Shown here piece by piece: positions 23,948-36,744 of a stretch of 64,000 nucleotides of DNA (position 1 is the stretch's first letter; the number at the start of each line of letters is the position of its first letter). Position numbers and translations under genes: made by a program. The notes below the pieces were generated by a model. The model was not told the DNA's origin, ran no database searches, and was given only the letters and a program-made list of their open reading frames with translations. This DNA comes from Ylistrum balloti (lineage: Eukaryota), in contig NW_026782437.1 in assembly GCF_031769215.1 (NCBI RefSeq), positions 310,001 through 374,000 on the forward strand, read 5' to 3'.

Positions 23948-26900
23948 ATGCCTGGGGTGAAGCGGAAAGCTTCTACCACTCCTGGGGATAAGCTCCCAGC
24001 TAAACTAAAGAAGCAGTCCACCAGCGTAACCTTGGATCGGGCTATCCCGACCTCGACACAGAAAACATCGAAGATAAAGAAAGCTGCTCTGCCAAATATA
24101 AATGAAAGTCCAGATATCCCCAAAAAGATAGCTGGAGGAAAAAAAGAAAATAAGTCCATGCCTCCGTTACCAAGATTTCCTACTCTAGTGCCAACAAAAC
24201 CAGGTGGTACAACAGAGTCTGATTTTGTGTTCAATATTTCTCCAAGTTCTAGTCCCCAAAAAGATAATTTGTCAGAAAGTGGTATACCATCTAAGTCATC
24301 AAAGAGTGATGTACCTGAACTAAGAAAAGAAACCACAACATTAATTACAACAAAATCTTCAGATGATTGTCCTGGTAATAAAGCTTCGAACATAGAGAAG
24401 AGTGTGCTTAAGTTATCATCTGGTTCCTATGTTGGTCGAATCATGAACAAAGACATTGATGATCAGATGTTGCCTTCACTTGAATCCCTTGCTGTTTATG
24501 AACAGAAACAGAAAAGTAAGACGTCAGATGCCCCATTCACCTGGGACATGACAGACACTGATACTTCTCCAGTGCGCAAATCAGTTTATGATGTTAGTGC
24601 TGTTCTGAACATATTAGAGCAAGAAAATTCACCAACAAAATATAGTTTAGGTGGTAATACTAGTGACAATGAGAGCGATGCTCCCCCTGTGCTTCAGGCT
24701 GAGGTATATGATGAGACATCTTGTGAAAACTTTGATGAAGATGATGCTGTTCCAACTCTAACTTGTATGGGTACTCCATCCAAGTCCCCATCCAAGTCTC
24801 CCCGTAAAATGACCGGAGGACCAAGAGAAATTGTGTTTTCATTTGATACGACAGGGTCCATGTATAACTACATGGAGGAGGCTAGCTACAGGATGCGAGA
24901 ACTCATGAATCGTGTCCAAGAGGACATGCCTGGAATTCGTCTGGCCTTTGTTGCACATGGTGATTATTATGACTTGGCAAATGACCGATATCTCATAAAG
25001 TGGATAGACTTCGGTGCCAGTGTAGATGAGGTTGATACATTCTTTGAAAACCTTCCCATAACACATGGCGGTGATGCTGATGAATGTTATGAACTAGTGC
25101 TACGTAAGGTCCGAGAGTCCTTGTCCTGGACTGTGGGCAGTCAGCGCAGCCTTGTCATGATTGGAGATTCTGATCCACATGAACCAGGATACAAATTCAA
25201 CGACTTTGTCAATGATATTGACTGGAGGCAGGAGACAAAACTGCTCAATGAAATGGTATGGCAATGTTTTTTCTTCTGTATGAATCTCAGAAATATTGAA
25301 GGGACTGCAAAAGCTCATTCTTTAGATATGAAACCTGGAACATCACAATTTGATGATCCTACTCTTGAGTGGTTTGTGTTTATTCGGAAGCAGGGATCAC
25401 ATATTGTTCTATTTGTTTTTTAAACAAGACACTTTAAAGTTTCCCGAAATGCTTTGGATAATATAAAGATGCACTGGACCTCCAGTGTGTTGAGTAGCCA
25501 ACTGCTATTACAAGGAAATCCTTATCAAAATAAGCCAGTTAGCTGTTCATGGGGTGATAAACCCAGCAAACTAACTCAGAAGTGTAATCTATTTTAGTAA
25601 AATAATCACTTAAGAAGTAATATAACTATTTATTCGGTTGAACTAGATCAAATTAAAAATGTTTTTGTGGGTTTTTGATTTATGTAATTGACTATAAATT
25701 ATCTTGAACTATATCAGAATCTTTGAAACAAACAGATGTTGTTCATTTCATTGTAATAAACTTTAAATTTGATTTATACATATTGAAGAAGTAATTTTGA
25801 AGTAAATTCCGTGTTAAACAAACATCTTTTCTCTGAATACTTATATATTCCTGATAAACATTAATCATGGTCAAAAGATAGATTAAAACATTAGCATTTG
25901 ATGAGTAAAGTTACCATTACCCTAGATATTATCATTTACAGGAGAACTTCACCAGCATGACACCCTATTTAAAATTATAAGCTTGAAAAATTTTAAGTCA
26001 GTTCAGTTTTGTGGGATGGTTAATAATTGTTTTGATTTTACGAGACCTTTGCAGATTAACATCTGTTGTTGTTTACACAGGGAGTGAGGATCTATGCTCT
26101 ACAAGTTGGCTACACATCAAACTTCTACAAACAGATAGCACAGATGACAAGCGGAGCTCACTTGCGCATTGAGAACACTGACTTCACATATGACACCCTA
26201 ATGTCTATATGTCTAAGGGAAGGAGGACTTCGCCATCTCAAGGTATACCCAAGTTTAATTGTTAACTTTCTAATGGACATAATGTCTGAATGTGAAAATG
26301 GCATTTTCATTCCTTATTGGGATCTAAGTACTTTGTTTGTTTGAAACATTAGTTAAATATTTGTAAAAAAAATGGTAAATATAACTTAAATATATTTAAT
26401 TATTAATGGAATTGTCTTGTTATACTTTCCTCACATGGTGTTTATAATAATCCTAGAAGAGCTCCTGGTGACCTTGTTGCTAATATGTTTCATCTGTTGT
26501 CACCAGGCTGTCAACTGAAGTGCATAATGGATTTCAACCAAATTTTGTCTGAAACATCAACAGGAGTGGGCAATTAATTATTCTCTTAAGTGTTCAGAAA
26601 GTTGATTTTACCTCAAGGGATTTTGACAGTATTTTACTTTAAAACACTTCTCCTTCGTAATTTCTTGATATATTTCACCCAGATTTGGACTGAAACATTA
26701 CTATTTACTGTCAATGATATCAAAATATGCATGAAGTGATCCTGAGATTGTCCTTACCAAATCTCATTTTTCAGTAAAAATTCCAACATAACTCATCTCA
26801 AATAGATAGTCTAAACTACTACTCCTGTAATGTTTTGAGTTTCATTTGTGAAGGAAAGGAAGCAGGTGCTATGTTGTTATTTTTCAGCCTTGTCAAAACT

Positions 26901-29758
26901 TCGACATGGTAGCCACTTTGTAATATGATTTTGCAGTTGTTTTTCATGAACAAAGCCTACCATTCATGAGTTTCAGATACTTTCAAAACATTCAAGATTT
27001 GAATTCATCAGATATGTTATAATTAGACCACCATCAGCAAGTTTTGTGGTCTGTCTGTCCATCTGTCAATTGTCAGATGACTGTTGAGGGCCATAAGGGC
27101 TATGACTCTCTTGTTTCATATCCTATATGTTTAGATATATTTGAATAAGTATTGTGATTGGATTTCTCTTTCAAACTGGGAGATATATTTACCAACATCG
27201 CTTTTATTTCCTATATCAGAAATATTGTTCAAATCAGGTCTAGATTTGCCAGTAATGAATATAAAACTCATTTCAATTTTGATCTGTTACATGTGTTAGT
27301 TAAGAGAATGCTTCAAATTGATTCTAAATTCTAATCACAAAGTATTAAGGTTAACAAATTTACATGTAAATAATTTACATGGTTCTTTATTACAGGGCTA
27401 TGAACATGAGGTACGAACTGCTGCAAAGAAGTCTGGCAGCAATGGAGGGACACTTGACTTAGAATTGGAACGTCTGTTCAGTTCTCTGAAAAACATTGCT
27501 GACAACAAATCCCTCAAACAACGAGAGAGAGAGAACAAACTGAAAGCTCGGATTCTAGAAATGACAACAGATCCCAAAACATTGTCTGCTCCTAAGAGGT
27601 CCTCCGAAAATGAAGGCAACACTTCTGACCAGAAGAAACCAAAGGTATCATTTAAGTCCCAAACAAAAGTAACTTCAGATAAACCCAAGTTATCTGACAG
27701 TGTCAGTCCCAAGAAATTGACAAAGATCAAAGAGAAAGGCCCCGACACATCAAAAAAGAATGCATCGGTTGAAAATATGAAAAAGGTATCCAAAACTAAA
27801 ATGTCGGCTACCAAATCTGTGACACCCAAACCCAAGACAAAAATACTCAAGGAAAAGGCTGCGGAAAAGAAAGGAGCATTGAAGATCAAAGGTATCGAGA
27901 AGAAAAAAGGAGATGGAAAATTGAAGAAAACTACAAGTAATGACAAGACAAAGAGACCAGTTGGTAGACCTCGTAAAGTTGTTGAAGCTGTAAAAGCCAG
28001 AGGAAGACCCCCAAAGAAAGACGAAGCTAAGAAAAAGGTTGGAAAATCGCTTAAGAAGGTTGCCTTGAAATCTCCTGGACGACCCCCTAAAACATCACAA
28101 ACTCCCAAAAAGTCTGTTAAGAAAGCAGAAAAGACAAAGAAATCATCAGAAACTCCTAAAAAAGTTGGAAGGCCAAAAACGAAAATTGAAAAAGCTAGTT
28201 CTTCGGAAACTCCAAGAAAACGGGGAAGGCCAGTGAAAAACTTGGAAAAGAATAAATCTTCTGGGAAACCATCTAAGGTAAAAACATCCAAAACAGCTGG
28301 AAAAGCAAAGAAGAAAGTAGAAACTTCTTCAGCAATGAAGAAAAAGGAAGAAACATCTTTAAAATCCCCAAGCTCAGTTGTTCAAAGGATAGTGGCAGCT
28401 AAATTAAAGCGTTTAGGGAAAGGAGGCACTATCGCCAAAGTGAAGATAAGTAAAAAGTTAAAAACTGTGGTAAAGAAAAAAGACAACAAGTCTAAAATCA
28501 AGCCTAAAGTTGTTACAAAGGCAAAGTTGTCTGCAAAGTCTAAGAGCAAAGCTGGTGCAAAGAAAAAGCTGAATTCAACTAAGGACAGTACTAAACGTAA
28601 GCCAACGCCAGCAAAACTGAGCTTGAAAAAGAAAGAAGGTAGAGCGAAGATTGCAAAACTGAAATCTGTCAAAAAAGTTCAAGAAAAAAAGAAAGCTGTA
28701 AAAGGGTCATTGAAGGACAAGAAAAAAACTGTTAAAAAGGTAATGAAATCTACTAAACCTTTAAAGACAACTAAAAAGAATGTAACTAAAGGGAAACCAG
28801 GCAGACCACCAAGTGTTCAACAGAAGGAGAAAACAAAAACTTCTAAAAAATCTGCTAAAACAGAGACAAAGAAGGGGAAAACAATTCCAGTAAAGAAAAC
28901 CCCGAAGACTGACACCAAAAAAGTGAAGAGTGGCCCAGTGCAAAAGAAGCCTGTTAAGCCTAAATCTCCACAGGTGAGATTTTTTGAAATAGTATTGATA
29001 TATCAGCATCTTGGAATCGAGTATTTTAATATGTTACTTCTATTATCACAATCAGACATTTATTTAAAATTGTTGAAAGGGAGTTTTGAATTATGATTAT
29101 ATATTGGAATTAAAGTTAAGATATAGCCTATCATTAAAATTTATGTCAAACAAAAATGTCATTTCAAATTTATTCAGTATCTGTACATGTTTTAATTTGT
29201 TCTTGAAGTAATTAATTGTGTATAACAAAATTACTTAATTTGCAGAAGACTAAAAGCAGTAACACTGAGCACAGAGAAAACATCAGTGGATCAAAATTCA
29301 GTACTGGACCGCTTAGCAACGTGAAGTGGAGCCAATGGGCTCCAATAATCTCCTCCAAAGCAGATGGAGCTAACTGGTCAAAATCACGTAGCTGGTGCGG
29401 TGGTCATTCAAATGAGTCATTGTACAAAGGAGAGGGCAATACTCAAGCCCTGTATGAGGCAGCAGTGGTCCCGCCTAGCAGCAACAATAAATATGTTGTG
29501 ACTTATGTTGTCGGACAAGGTGTCCCAGCTGTCCAAGTATGGGACTGTTTTACTAATTCATATGTGCGACAACAGGTGCAGCGCATCATCAAAGCCAAGG
29601 GTGCGATCTTTGTTCGAAGGGGTGTAATTGCTGGTCGTGCGAAAGACAGTCTTATCAAAGCTGAGGAATACATCAAAGAGAATTTTGATTATGCTTGGCG
29701 TGGAAGTCGTCGTACCACAGAAGTCAGAAAGGAAGGATTTTTGGTATCCAAACCCTAA
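23948..29758 (+). CDS. vWA gene 1: nuclear-type vWA + Lys-rich AT-hook-like linker + C-terminal GIY-YIG-like (ET-type) domain protein, about 1186 aa
   Basis: Exons 23948-25255 (436 codons, donor ATG|GTATGG), 26081-26242 (54), 27396-28973 (526), 29246-29758 (170 + TAA); all phase 0, AG/GT. vWA motifs: EIVFSFDTTGSM, AHGDYYD, GGDADECYELVL, LVMIGD.PH. Six GRP motifs. C-terminal WSQW...ALYEAAV...YVVTY...FVRRG...FDYAW. Confidence 0.9.
26455..27116 (-). mobile_element. Non-autonomous interspersed repeat in intron of gene 1
   Basis: Minus strand starts aacaagagagtcatagcccttatggccctcaacagtcatctgac and contains tttggtaaggacaatctcaggatcacttcat, similar to the 8.6-kb and 35.8-kb repeat copies. Confidence 0.4.
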
Positions 29759-32700
29759 ATCCTTGTGTTTCACTATATATTTAAATATTCAAGCAGTCAT
29801 TTTGTGTGAAAAAAATGTTGGGGGATGCATGGGAGGTTTTTAGTTTGTATGAAAGTTTGATTAGCTGTTGTTTTAGATACAATTGTACAAGTTATCCTAT
29901 TTTTATGTTTTTTATTCTGAATATATAACTTTTTCTTTTTTTAACTGTGAACCACATTTTTCCACTGATAATCATGTTATGCACCATCATTTTAAGGCTG
30001 TAGGTAGATATTGATTTTTAAGGACTCAACCCTACTCCTTATTAAGTTTTAAATTCTAATGTTATTCTGTAGACACTTGTAAAACCAGTCTTGTGTGAGA
30101 TGAAACTTGAAAAAAATTTAATATTCCATTTGGTCAAGTTTTAAATGTTTATAAAAGAAACGAATCATCAAAGAATTAAAACAATAATTACCTTGATTTT
30201 CTTAACAAGAATTACGGAAAAATATAACTACAAAGATAATAGAAGATGATAAATGTTCAGTTTGTGAGTTTCTAGGTTTTGTTACAATGCTTTAAGAACT
30301 TTATGTTAATCTGATTTACAGTAGTTAGTTGCTGGGATAGTAATGTGAATTTTCTACTACATACTGGGAGTGCTGAAATCTGGTAAAATTTATGGATTTA
30401 CTATCCTTTTCAATAGAGTTCAGAAATATAGGATAATGTATGAAATTTGTCATTAAGAAAACCACATGAACATCAGCTTATTAAGGTGTTTTTTCAACTA
30501 TCAATAATGGAACATGAAAATACACAGTAAGTTGCACATATATGTTGTGTAGATCCTTCCTGTTATCTCCAGAGATTCAACAATGGTAGTGAATTATAGT
30601 TAAAAGATTGCTGAAAGATAACACTTTCATAATGTCACAAGTTAAAGATGTCAGTCTTTCGTAATGTCATTCACAAGTGAAAGATGTCTGGCTTAAACAA
30701 CAGAATGATTTGTATAGATACATTGAAATGTACAATGTAGTTAATTCCAATGCTTAAGGATGATTAAATCTTTAGAAAGTGGTACAGGTATTTAGGTAAA
30801 ATCCTGCATTTTCATACAACTAACAGGGATAACTGAGTTTCATTTGATGCTGATGGGTATGATTTCTTTGATTAAATGGATGGCTTAGCATTAGAGGAAA
30901 TAGCAAAGTGCAACATAACTACACAAAACAATTTAAACAAAACATTGATTGGAAAGGATACTGACACATATTTTCAGCAAAATATATTCTAGTGTCTTTT
31001 CTAAGCATTTTACAGTGGACGTGTTTCACCCTAAGATTCAAGGTTTTTTTTAACCAATTCAGGACATTAATTCCTTGTTGTGGTTAATAAATAACAAGTG
31101 AAGATTAGAAAGACAACTTAATTTCTGGAATTATCCATGAACAATAACACATCAATTAAATTTATCAAAATACATTTTTTATGGATTTAGTGATTAGCAT
31201 ATTAAATTGTTTTTTCAAATTAGAAGATATGAAAAGTAAAATTACGGTAACATTCTTTCTACAGATTGTTAAAATTTGAGAAAACAATGTACAATGGTGT
31301 TATATGTTACAGTTTATTTAACAACATTATTTTCAAAACTTAAACAATGTCCTTGTTTATGAGTTTCCTATTCAAAAGTATGATATTCTTAAAATGGTCT
31401 GGGATACCAGACTTTCTTTTTCTTTGTGTAATTTGTACATGTTACAAAAAGTATCTAGATGATGTAAATTTATTGGATGTGATGCATGTAGTTCAACAGT
31501 TTGTTCTGTTATTGTAATCCTCCATTATTTTCTAGGTTTCTACTAAATACATTGTATTAAAAATGTTATATCAGCATATCTTTGTCCTTGTCGTAAACAA
31601 TTCTTTTTTGAAGTAATGAAAGGATAGACAATTCTTATATCAAATTATGTGATGATTTCATTTGGTAACAATGACGAGCAATAATTATTGCACTTGAAAT
31701 ACAGTTAGCCTTATAATTAGATGCTCCTATGTTGATACATAACAAATTGACGATTCAAATTTGGAAAGTATCTCTATAAACAATATAGTGTATCGTTATC
31801 CAAAATTTTATTGTATGATAGTTGGTGTATGTACCTATTTACAGAGCCTGTTTATATGTCTCGTTTGTATTATAATGAATGAACTATTTGATTAATAATG
31901 AATGCATTATTTGTTTGAGAAGGAATGGATTACTGATTCGATAATAGTAGAACTGGACCATAAAATAGTTGCAAGTCTTTCTAAAGAAATTGTAGAAAAT
32001 AGTTTTCTTCCAACCAACTTTATATCAGATACCTTATCATTGATCGATTTAGTCATAAATTTTTCTTTTTTTATTTATTTTTTTGCGAAAGCAAAAACAC
32101 CAGGAAGAACATCTTGGTAATTTGTCACGTCCAAGTGATGCCAATATCAATACTACAGATTTTCTTACGTGAATTTCAGAAAATTTAAAGGGACTTAATG
32201 GTTTTTTTCCATGCAAGCATTGTAATACTTGAAGACTCTTCATAAAATCATAACACACTCTGAGAGAAATTGTTAAAGATTATTAACTTCAAGCTAATGC
32301 TATTCATCACTCGCTTTTTCAATCGGAGATGGCCAAGTTCATTGTGTGAGCTTGTGAGCCTTCTAACTCACCATTTTGATATGATTACTTACTATGTGTA
32401 ATTATGAAATTAACCAAAACTTAAATTACCAGCCATGTTTCAATTCTTACTTTGTAAAATGACCTCTTGTTTCACGCTATATGCATGATAGGGCAAAATT
32501 CATTAATTTCAATTATTCTGAATCTAAAATTGCATGCTCAAAGACATTCTTTACACTCTCCAACCAATAATGTTATGAATTAGTATTGGGTTGCTCCTAT
32601 TTTATTTAGATATTTTATGTTGTTAAGAAAATGGTTATACAAACTTTAAAATATCATTATAAACAGAAAGAACACAATTTCAAACAGATATTTAAATGTT

Positions 32701-33929
32701 ATATGCTTTTATCAGTTATAATTTGAATATCTAACCATTTAGTCCCTCTAACACAAAATGAAGCAGCTGTGATTATATCAAAACACATGACTATCTGCAA
32801 AATACACAAAATATACAAAAACAATGTACTTTTTCAGCCCTGTAGCATATTTTTGTTTAAAGAAACTATTTTAAAGGAAATGTTTTTAATTATTTAATGG
32901 AATTTTTTTCCGGTCCAAAAACAAAGTGGTCATATATGATAAATTAGATTCTGGATATAATTGTCCTTTGTGGAGTATTATATTTTAAAGACAAGCCCAT
33001 TTTCATGTCCTGGTGATTCAAATTATTACTGTGTTATTGTTTTCCCCATTTCTGACAAGGGGCAATAACATAATTGCCCCATAGATATACATGTTGTGGC
33101 ATTGATCACAACCTCCAGTAATATCATGTGATTCTGTGCATTAAAAATTGTCATGTAATGCTGTTCATAGATCATGATTAAAAGTTGATTTTTGCAAAAT
33201 GAAATGGACATAATCTACATTATGGCTGTACATCAAGTACATAGTGTTGTGTTTTTATGAAAGTTTTATCATTATCATGAGTTTAATCTTTAGCTCGATA
33301 AAATTCAAAGTTAACTGTTTTTAAGTAATTCTTATTATGGTTATGAATTATTTGACATAAATCAGAATGACATAATCATGGAGACTTGTGCTGTTGACAT
33401 CAGATTTCAGCAAGCTTTTACAGGAAGGAAGCAGTTTGCAAATACCAAATGCTGAATTCTTAATGATGCATTTTACTGATTATGTTATACCGAGTCAGAG
33501 GTGTAAATATATCTGATATGTAGCAGGTCTAGATGGTGTTTACCTGGCTGTCATCTATTCAAGCAGACTATAAATGCATTTTGGTATGGGTGCCCTTTTC
33601 ATGAATAACATTAATTTTGGAGGATGAGACCAATATTACTGGGGGACATTCTGGAATAATCTTTCATACCCTTAAGAGGTTAAGTCCATTATTCTGTAGG
33701 ATATTTTTGATTGATTTATATTAGACTGCAGAACCATGCATATAGCTGAAAAGAGAGACGTTTAAAAAAAATTACCTTCTAAGAGTTTTCTAGTTGCCAT
33801 ATTTTCTCCATGTAGTGAATTGTGTTTTGATAGTTGGTCAGTCTTGTGGGTGTATTTTGTACTTTTGATACTGGAGTAATGTTATTAAGATATTGGCCAA
33901 TCTTGAAACAATTAGTATTATTGTATTAA

Positions 33930-34270
33930 GGTGACCAGATTCAGCAAGGCATTCAGATCATGGTAACTTGATAGATTGAACTGGACTCGTATTCAAATGA
34001 TATTAACCAGATCAGAATCAACAGGGCTGTATATAGATTGTATAAACAAGATCAGAATCAACAAGGCTTTCAGATCAGAATCATCAGGACTTTTAGATTG
34101 TATTAACCAGATAAGAATCACCATGGCTGTATTCAGATCATATAAACCAGATTAGATTCATCAGGGATTTCAGATTGTATTAACCAGCTCAGAATCAACA
34201 GGTTTCTACTATGATAGTATAAACAAGGTCAGAATCATCATTGAGTTAATCAGATTATATTAACAGGATC
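33930..34270. repeat. Degenerate minisatellite, about 35-40 bp (accagatcagaatcaacagggct...tagattgtataa)
   Basis: Recurrent cagatcagaatca(a/t)cag and agattgtat motifs. Confidence 0.75.
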
Positions 34271-35734
34271 TTCAAAATATCCTGTCCCTCAGCATGTCAG
34301 CGGTTAATAGATCTTGGATGTCTTGAGCAAATTATGTACTTCATATTGCACATATGGATTGGGCATATTCTGTGGGTGCAAAGAGGAATTCTTTGATTTT
34401 GAATAACATGATTAATACAATGGGATATTTTAAGCCGAGAGGAAAGTTGGACATCAGTTGCTAACTAAACTGACAATACATAATTCCTTAAGCACTAGAA
34501 TATTGTACCTTTTTATGTAAATAAAATTACATTATTATTATGTCAGATGAAATTGTGTTTGGTTTGCCAAGTCCTGTTTCGAAGGTGATTTTTTAAAGAT
34601 GTGTTCTATTCTGTTACCGAGGTATGAAGTTTGTTGAAACGTGACTGTTGCTATGTGTTCATGTATGGTGGTGCATCAAATGTCAAAGTTCATTTATATA
34701 TGATTATATATGGGCAGATGCTAATGAACATTATTTGCTACTATCGTAAAAACAGGATATATCAGTGCCTATGTGTATGAACACTTGCGGTCTGTGAAAA
34801 TGGAGGATAAAAATATTATCCTAAAAGGGCAAAATGAACATGAGGGGAATTGGTGTATGATTCAGGGGTGAAAATATTTTGGTATATAGTAGTTTCTGAG
34901 TTCATAATCAGAAAAAGACAAGAAAAAAATGGATATTTATGTAACTGTCTATCATGTAGAAAAACTTGATGAGATATTATGTTCAGACACATAAAATCAC
35001 TTTCGGAAAAAAACTACATGTATTGTAATACATACGTTCATAAAGTAGAAAAAAAACAGCTGCTATCTATTTTACACAGATTTTTTTCTTAAAGATAATG
35101 TGCACTGCTTGTCTATGGAAAATATTTTATTTATTCTTCAAGGTCAATTATATAAGCAACTTCTTATGTATTACAACAGTACAAAGTTTACATTTTATTT
35201 CCAACTAATACTGTGCAGCCTTTGTATATTTATGGTCCTGTATTTAATGTCATATTTTGTCCTAAACAAAGAATTTTATTGTTGTTCAATTATTTGTCAA
35301 CAAATTTATGTAGTATATACATATGTTAAAGATAAACCTTTTAAATCCCTGTCAAGTATGATTTTGAGAATTTACGAGTTATACGTTTCTTTTGGTTATT
35401 GCGAGGAGTGATTTGTGATGTTACAGGTAGTCTTGTATTATATGAGAGAAATTTTCTGTGACAATAAATACCTATCATCAAATATTAACAGTTGATTAAC
35501 TGTCTTTGCTTTTCTCATTTCAAACATTTTGTATTGCTAATTTTGAACAAACATTTGGTAAAAATGTGGTCAAGGGTAAAATGGTAAATAGCATTGATTT
35601 ACACATTAATACAAGTCATATAAGTTCTACGTTTTGGAATAAAATTTTTATGGTTTATAGTACTCCTGAAAAATTAAAGGTTTACAACAACAATTTTAGA
35701 AGAAAGAAACACAATTTTGAAAGATCACAATATT

Positions 35735-35935
35735 AAATAACAATAGGTCCATGGGCCTTAACGGTCATCTAACAAAAAAATACAAGATTTCAAATTTTGA
35801 ACTTGAGAAGTCGAAAATGTGTTTTCAAGATGGCGGCCATGTTGGATTTCAGACCAACCCGAAATTAAGAAACTTTGGTCAGGATCATGTCACGACCATT
35901 TCTTGTAAGTTTCAGCTCAATGACAAAGCAAGGTT
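35735..35935 (+). mobile_element. Non-autonomous interspersed repeat, 5' part
   Basis: aacaataggtccatgggccttaacggtcatct start plus ttttcaagatggcggccat...ggtcaggatcat...aagtttcagctcaatg shared with 8620-8730. Confidence 0.5.
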
Positions 35936-36744
35936 TCACTATAGGTTACAATGTTAGAAAGAAAACTACATGGACTGGCATCGTACAGCGTTAGCAAGAC
36001 TCTACTGATGCTGATCCTCGATGTCATCAGAAGGCATTTATAGGTCCAATCTTGCTCATGTTTTGGATAGGTGTAGTTTGTTGCTCTTTCTTCAATCAGT
36101 TTGAAATGTGAGTAAACAGTTGCAACCAGCAGTATGGCCCAACATAAAACCAGTAGGACAAGGATGTATATTAGGTGCGGTACATTTAACAAAAATTATG
36201 CAAGACTCAAAAAACTTTTTGTAATCTCCTCGTAGTTGTCACAGTCATAGAATAACAACACTGTTAAAGGTCATTAATCATGTGTTATCATTAACTGATT
36301 GCAAATTGTAGAAATCAGCATAAATATTTTTTGAAATAAGATTTACAATTTTGAGACAGAATATTTTCTGTACCGAGAAATTTTTCTGATTTAAAAAACA
36401 AAAAAACATTATGGCAACATACTCCTAATCCAACTCCAATTCCATAAACATAGGACAAAGTACTGTATTATCAAAAGAAAGATTTACGTGGAGAGCAAAA
36501 CCAGGTTCTAAAAGTAAGCATCTTCTGCTTCACTGATGACACGTAAACCCTGGGTCAAAGTAAGTAATGTCAGGTTCTCAAATGAGAACGAGGTATACAA
36601 GAATGGAGCCAACAGGCAAGCTAATGAGCATCAAACCGTTCAAAGTAATGAACACAATTTAAAAAAACTATGGCTAAGGAGTTTTACATATGGAATATGG
36701 ATCTTTTGCTAAAAGTGACGTTTGGTGTACGGTATAGGTTCTAG

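Noticed and set aside
23948-25423. Calling the vWA genes VWA7, hemicentin or another secreted vWA protein
   Set aside because: They share only DTTGSM/GGD motifs. There is no signal peptide and no Ig or EGF repeats, and the N-terminus is basic and NLS-like. No gene symbol was assigned.
27398-28672. Long antisense ORFs (27398..28291, 28382..28672; also 23833..24393, 41910..42347, 48550..48879, 55197..55526)
   Set aside because: F/L/V-rich mirror translations of Lys/Ser-rich sense exons; expected shadow ORFs.
27318-29096. ORF as a stand-alone histone H1 or protamine-like gene
   Set aside because: No winged-helix globular domain is evident, and it is bounded by in-frame splice sites (27396, 28973) linking it to the vWA and C-terminal exons. 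The ORF ends are intronic read-through.
35917-36192. Hydrophobic 91-aa minus-strand ORF resembling a TM protein exon
   Set aside because: No recognisable family motif, no convincing splice acceptor or start context, and it runs into an interspersed repeat.
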